Virus record (IMG/VR): IMGVR_UViG_3300033070_001497
Span: 32,001-96,000 of that record
Source of the DNA: a virus
Taxonomy: Duplodnaviria; Caudoviricetes
Length of the DNA: 64,000 bases
Direction: 5' to 3' (one strand)
Within the stretch, counting starts at the first letter, position 1. Each line of letters starts with the position of its first letter. Made by a program: the position numbers and the translations under genes. Positions 59,591 to 64,000 of the stretch are shown here, in pieces. The notes beneath the pieces were generated by a model. The model worked only from the letters and a program-made list of their open reading frames with translations. It did not search any database and was not told where the DNA came from.

Positions 59591-60613
59591 ATGAAGGCGA
59601 GCAAAGAATTTGTGAATGTTTTAACATCTGGGATCCGGCTAGCCCAGGATAAGTTCGGTTGGGAGAAGATCCATGGTGCGTCTATGTGGTCGGTCTTCTA
59701 TTTGATCTCCGACAGCGTTTCTCCAGGACATCGTCACAATGCTAAGCTGGATATGCCCGAGAACCCGGCTTTTGCCAAGGAACGCGCTGATCTGACCGAT
59801 GCACAAATCGAGACCGCGATGAAAGCTGCCATGAAAATGAACGAAGCCAAAGCCGAGAACATGACACGAGAACACCTGCTAGAGGCCGTTGAATTCCGGC
59901 CAGTCAACATCCGTCTGGCTGATGGGTCGCTCAAGACGATCACCAAGGCCGAGGACGTTGCCGAGGACATCGCCTTCGAGTCGATCGAGGAGATCTACCC
60001 TAAAGGATTCGATGAGCTCAGCGAGCGAGTTGTCGTGAAGCGCAGGTACGGTGCATCGCCTGAGGTTGCTATCAGCAGCCATGGACCGCTGAGGAACGAC
60101 GTGTTGGAGTTCGTCGGCAACAAGTTCGTCACCGAGACAGAGCTCCAGGCTTTCTTCAACAAGCTCGACGAGGAGCGCGGCAAGAAGCTCAACTACAAGA
60201 AGTGGTTCAACGAGAACCAGAAGTTCTTCGAGTCGTACACCCTCAAGGGCACCAAGGTGTGGAGCTTGTCCAAGATCGGCAAGCGCGCTTTCGAGCACGT
60301 GATCGATCGCAGGAGTTCGAACACCGTCAATGAGCGCATGGTGCTAAGCTACGATGAGTTTATCCTGAACGAGGAGCTGGATGTGCCCGAAGAATCGATC
60401 GAAGAATCGATCAAAACTCCGGTCAAGAAAGGCACCGTCCAAAAGGTGATCGAGCTAGCGCTCAAGCACCTCAAACCGAAGGTGACAGAGGACGAGGTGG
60501 TCAAGCAGCTCGCCGGTGTCATGAGCCTTGAGGACCTCTACGATAAGGCAGTCAAACTGATCTCTCCTGACCAGGTGAGCCAGTTCGAGACTGCCTTCCC
60601 ATCCGTCGATTGA
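59591..60613 (+). CDS. hypothetical protein, possibly head-associated
   Basis: TATAAATA at 59490-59497 upstream; internal VLSYDEFILNE motif. Confidence 0.7.
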   Translation: MKASKEFVNVLTSGIRLAQDKFGWEKIHGASMWSVFYLISDSVSPGHRHNAKLDMPENPAFAKERADLTDAQIETAMKAAMKMNEAKAENMTREHLLEAVEFRPVNIRLADGSLKTITKAEDVAEDIAFESIEEIYPKGFDELSERVVVKRRYGASPEVAISSHGPLRNDVLEFVGNKFVTETELQAFFNKLDEERGKKLNYKKWFNENQKFFESYTLKGTKVWSLSKIGKRAFEHVIDRRSSNTVNERMVLSYDEFILNEELDVPEESIEESIKTPVKKGTVQKVIELALKHLKPKVTEDEVVKQLAGVMSLEDLYDKAVKLISPDQVSQFETAFPSVD

Positions 60614-60616
60614 GCT

Positions 60617-60991
60617 ATGCCATCCGTCTCCAAAGCCCAACAACGTCTCATGGCCCAGGCCTACGAGGTGAAGAAGTTCCAGGAGTCTGGAGGCAAGGAG
60701 GGATTGGATCCGAAGGAACTTAGCCCAAGGTACAGGGACAAGATCGTCGAGCTGGCCAAAGGCATCAAGAAGAGTGACCTGAAACACTTCGCCGAGACGA
60801 AGAGGTCTGGCTTGCCAGACCACGTCGATGAGAATAACCCAGTTGCCACAGTGAGTAACGTGAATGGCATGGGCGCAACGGTCTTCCCGACGGCGACGTC
60901 GAATGGATCCGGTGACCTTCCAGCCAGCGGCAACCGCCTCAAGCGGTTCAGCGAATGGAAGAAGCGGAAACGCCGCCCCAAACAGGACTGA
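60617..60991 (+). CDS. DUF3008-like small protein
   Basis: MPSVSKAQQRLMAQA...LKHFAETKRSGLPDHV pattern. Confidence 0.7.
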   Translation: MPSVSKAQQRLMAQAYEVKKFQESGGKEGLDPKELSPRYRDKIVELAKGIKKSDLKHFAETKRSGLPDHVDENNPVATVSNVNGMGATVFPTATSNGSGDLPASGNRLKRFSEWKKRKRRPKQD

Positions 60992-61019
60992 TAGATGGAC
61001 AGTAGACGGTGCCAGACTG

Positions 61020-61232
61020 ATGAAGTTGAAGCAGCTAAATACTCGAAAAAGCTGGCGTTCAGTCTTGCTTGGGTTCGCCGTGTTTTGCAATCCGTTCGGA
61101 TTCGACGTAGCCTTTTCTTTGGTGATGAAGATGACCGGATCCTATTGGATCACGGATGCAATCTTCTACGGCCTCTCCCTTATGTTTTTTGGCTTGTATT
61201 ACTGGTATGGTCGAGATTCCAATAAGGCGTGA
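61020..61232 (+). CDS. small two-TM membrane protein
   Basis: VLLGFAVFCNPFGFDVAFSLVMKMTGSYWITDAIFYGLSLMFFGLYY; start re-called at ATG 61020. Confidence 0.65.
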   Translation: MKLKQLNTRKSWRSVLLGFAVFCNPFGFDVAFSLVMKMTGSYWITDAIFYGLSLMFFGLYYWYGRDSNKA

Positions 61233-61809
61233 CTGTTGCGTCTACTTTCATATCGTAACGATCGGCAATCAACCGGTAGTTTTCTACGTTGGACAGGGTC
61301 TTAGTGATCGGCCTCATTTTTCAAGAAGGAATCGTTTCTGGCACAACTTCGTCAATAAGCACGGTCCGTACGAGGTTATCATCGATCAAGATGGGTTGAC
61401 TCATGAGGAAGCATGTGAATTAGAGCGCAAGTGGATTGCTTGGTTTGGCAGACGAGATCTTAAGCAAGGCACCCTCGTAAATCTGACGGATGGCGGAGAT
61501 GGCCCATTTGGATACAAGAGGATCCATTCTGCCGAAACGAAGCGAAAGATCTCTTTGGGTTTGATGGGTAAACAACCCAGTGATCAGGCTAGAGCTAAAA
61601 TGTCAGCCTCGAGGCGAGGTAAGAAGCTGTCGCTGAAACACATTGAAGCATGCAAAGCTGGATTCGCTAAGAGTTGGGCTTCTGGGAAGCGTAAGAAACC
61701 AACAATCTCTGATGACGAGAAAGCCAAAAGATCAGCCAGAATGCGGGCTGTCAATGAATCCGGCCGAAATGGACATCACAACACCAGACGCAACTTGAGG
61801 TTGTCATAG
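61207..61809 (+). mobile_element. free-standing GIY-YIG homing endonuclease with NUMOD3 repeats
   Basis: VYFH...FYVGQG...R, ELERKWIAWFGR, LVNLTDGGDG, HSAETKRKIS / PSDQARAKMS; AT-richer codon usage; start re-called at ATG 61207. Confidence 0.85.
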
Positions 61810-61818
61810 AAGGAGCGC

Positions 61819-62262
61819 ATGAAATTCCTCAAGACACGGGACGTTAAGAGTCCCAACCGTGGCACAAGCCACAGCGCAGGCATCGATCTCTTTGTGCCCA
61901 ATGATTTCGATCGAGTTACATTGAATCCTGGTCAGCGGATCAACATTCCATCCGGAATCAAAATGAATGTTCCGGAGAATCACGCTTTGGTTGCATTCAA
62001 CAAATCCGGAGTAGCTACCAAAAAGGGATTGGTAGTTGGAGCCTGTGTGATCGATTCTGATTACACAGGCGAAATCGGACTCCATGTGATCAATTCTGGA
62101 GTTGATTCTGTGACAATTGAGCCTGGAGATAAGCTTCTTCAGGTTCTGTTGCTTCCGATCCACATGGTCGAATTGGAAGAGTGCCATTCAGCAGAAGAAG
62201 TGTTCATGAACAAACAAACAGAGCGAGGAGAAGGAGGATATGGGTCGACTGGAGACAAATAA
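61819..62262 (+). CDS. dut: dUTPase (trimeric)
   Basis: SAGIDL, KSG, VIDSDYTGEI, GDKLLQ and RGEGGYGSTG (motifs I-V). Confidence 0.95.
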   Translation: MKFLKTRDVKSPNRGTSHSAGIDLFVPNDFDRVTLNPGQRINIPSGIKMNVPENHALVAFNKSGVATKKGLVVGACVIDSDYTGEIGLHVINSGVDSVTIEPGDKLLQVLLLPIHMVELEECHSAEEVFMNKQTERGEGGYGSTGDK

Positions 62263-62368
62263 CGTCCAAGTCTATTTCCATTTTTGTATTTCAACCCAGG
62301 AGGTCTTTTACGTTGGAATAGAGTGGATTCGTTCGAATGTGCAGAGGAGATGTTGCCTCGTGGAATAA
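62240..62368 (+). pseudogene. truncated GIY-YIG endonuclease remnant (not in ORF track)
   Basis: MGRLETNNVQVYFHFCISTQEVFYVGIEW... then a stop after 42 codons; same VYFH...FYVG motif as 61207..61809. Confidence 0.65.
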
Positions 62369-62410
62369 TTGGAAACTGATCGACGTAGTAGAAAGGCATT
62401 GAACGTTCAA

Positions 62411-62653
62411 ATGAACCAACCAAACCCAACCGACGTCCCAAAGATCAGGGTCAACCTGGCCAAGGATAGCACCGCCATCCTCTGTGAGTGTGGATCGGAG
62501 TTCTTCCAGGAAGTCATGCGCATCAGGCGCATCTCTCGCCTCCTGACCGGCGAGCCAGAGGATCGGATCATGCCTGTTCCGGCCGTGCTCTGCGTGTCTT
62601 GTGGCAAAGAATGTGATCCAACCGCTCCCACAAAACCGAGCATCGTCACATGA
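62411..62653 (+). CDS. small zinc-ribbon-like protein
   Basis: CECG...CVSCG; start re-called at ATG 62411; ATGA-coupled to the polymerase. Confidence 0.75.
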   Translation: MNQPNPTDVPKIRVNLAKDSTAILCECGSEFFQEVMRIRRISRLLTGEPEDRIMPVPAVLCVSCGKECDPTAPTKPSIVT

Positions 62654-64000
62654 TCCTCGACATCGAGACCTTCGGCGACCGTCTCAGGATCTCCTACTAC
62701 GACCAACAGGGCAAAGTCAAGCTCAAGGACTACAGGGTCCCTGACTGTTCGGATTGGTCGATCTGTTCGCCGTCGGATCCAAAGCGTTCGATGGAGTACA
62801 AGAATTGGGATGGGTCTTCCGTGAAGAAGAGGCCAGCCAAGTTCCTGAACAAGTTCTCTGTCCTGGAGTTCATCCAGAACCTTCCGCCAGACGACAAGGC
62901 AGAGATCACGGCCCTCAACTTCCCGGCCATCCAATCGGTCGACATCGAGACCGAGATCATGGACACCTTCCCTGATCCAAACGTCGCCCGAGAGCGCATC
63001 ACCGCGATCGCTATAGCGACCGAGGATTGCAAGGTCACCGTCTTCGGTTGGAAGGAGATCACCGAGGAGAGGAAGAAGTGGATCTACGACCAGCAGCGTG
63101 AGTACCTTAAGGACTTCGGCGAGTGGGAGTTTAAGTACGTCTGCTTCGAGAACGAGCACTCGATGCTCTTGGCTTTCATCCAGAAGGTCCTGCCAAGGTG
63201 CTCGATGGTCACAGGCTGGAACTTCAGCCAGTTCGACTGGAAGTACATAACCAACCGGTGCAAAAGGATCGGCATCAATGTCGCCGATGCTTCGCCTTCC
63301 AGGCGTGTCATGGGAAAGGAGGAGATCCCTCTTCACATCGGGATCTGTGACTACATGGAGATCTACAAGAAGTGGGATCGCTATGTCAAGGTCAAGGAAA
63401 GCAACTCCCTCGATTTCGTTTCAAACGCAGTACTCGGCGTCACGAAGATCAAATACCCAGGCACCCTCAAGCAGCTCTACGAGGAGGACTACGACAAATT
63501 CATCCTGTACAACGCGATCGACTCCGCGCTGGTGTGCCTGATCCACAAGAAACTCAAGATCACGAACGCCGCTTTCTCGGTCTCCGTCTTCTGTGACCTT
63601 CCTCTCTACAAGTGCAACTCCCCAGTAGCTCTGACGGAGGCCTTGCTATGGAAGGGCTACTACAAGCGGAAGATGGTCATCGCGGATGAGAAGCTCGAGA
63701 CTCCGAAGCAACAGTATGAAGGAGCCTATGTGAAGGAGCCGGTGCCTGGCTTCTACCGAGCTGTCACCTGCTTCGACTATGCCTCGCTGTACCCATCGAT
63801 CATGAGGCAGTTCAACATCTCGCCCGAATCCTTCATCAAGAAGGAGACCGACCCAGCCAAAATCGAGGAAGCGAAGAAGGATCGGTCGAAGATCGTTGCA
63901 GCGAGCGGCTCGATCTATGGGACCGAGCTCTCAGTGATGAAGGAGATCCTCACGAACCTATACAGCGACAGGCGCAAGCACAAGGACTTGCACCTTGAGC
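62650..64000 (+). CDS. family B DNA polymerase (T4 gp43-like), truncated by the window end; not in ORF track
   Basis: Hand translation: ExoI VDIET, ExoII GWNFSQFDW, ExoIII YNAIDS, YEGAYVKEP, and FDYASLYPSIMRQFNISPES (PolB motif A). Confidence 0.95.
   Translation, partial: MILDIETFGDRLRISYYDQQGKVKLKDYRVPDCSDWSICSPSDPKRSMEYKNWDGSSVKKRPAKFLNKFSVLEFIQNLPPDDKAEITALNFPAIQSVDIETEIMDTFPDPNVARERITAIAIATEDCKVTVFGWKEITEERKKWIYDQQREYLKDFGEWEFKYVCFENEHSMLLAFIQKVLPRCSMVTGWNFSQFDWKYITNRCKRIGINVADASPSRRVMGKEEIPLHIGICDYMEIYKKWDRYVKVKESNSLDFVSNAVLGVTKIKYPGTLKQLYEEDYDKFILYNAIDSALVCLIHKKLKITNAAFSVSVFCDLPLYKCNSPVALTEALLWKGYYKRKMVIADEKLETPKQQYEGAYVKEPVPGFYRAVTCFDYASLYPSIMRQFNISPESFIKKETDPAKIEEAKKDRSKIVAASGSIYGTELSVMKEILTNLYSDRRKHKDLHLE

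Noticed and set aside
60991-60997. ATAGATG and similar near-matches (e.g. ATAGAATA at 8806, ATAAATG at 35201) as further late promoters
   Set aside because: They deviate from the ATA-N-ATA consensus, and the 60995..61225 ORF is less credible than the overlapping membrane ORF.
61207-61809. Group I intron around the GIY-YIG gene
   Set aside because: The flanking genes are intact and there is no room for intron core sequence; it appears free-standing.

Overview
This 64-kb window comes from a large T4-like (myovirus-type) dsDNA phage genome. It is densely coding, almost entirely on the + strand, and uses the standard genetic code. The host is probably Bacteroidota, inferred from the scarcity of Shine-Dalgarno sites, one TAnnTTTG promoter and a Bacteroidota-type S1 homologue. 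Layout: (1) 1-9.8 kb holds nucleotide metabolism, DNA modification and repair genes: FMN reductase-like, NAD-dependent ligase, HNH, an atypical dCMP-type thymidylate-synthase homologue with a GT-B glycosyltransferase and dNMP kinase, DenV-like and MBD4-like glycosylases, and a HAD/dCMP-deaminase fusion. (2) 9.8-53.1 kb is a virion module (collagen-like fibre, baseplate gp53/hub/gp5/gp25/gp6-like, neck gp13-like, large baseplate/fibre proteins, tube-like protein) with an embedded ribosomal protein S1 homologue. (3) 53.1-64 kb holds replication/recombination genes (RuvC-like, gp32 SSB, primase, UvsY, UvsW, dUTPase flanked by GIY-YIG elements, and a family B DNA polymerase running off the end). 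Main hypotheses: a recurring ATA[G/C/A]ATA element, often exactly 4 nt before the start codon, implies leaderless late mRNAs that may work with the phage S1 paralogue; the cytosine-modification cluster's TS-fold enzyme seems to lack the folate-handling residues; and collagen-type G-x-T/S motifs scattered through many virion proteins may be glycosylation sites. All calls are from motif recognition by eye; no database searches were run.
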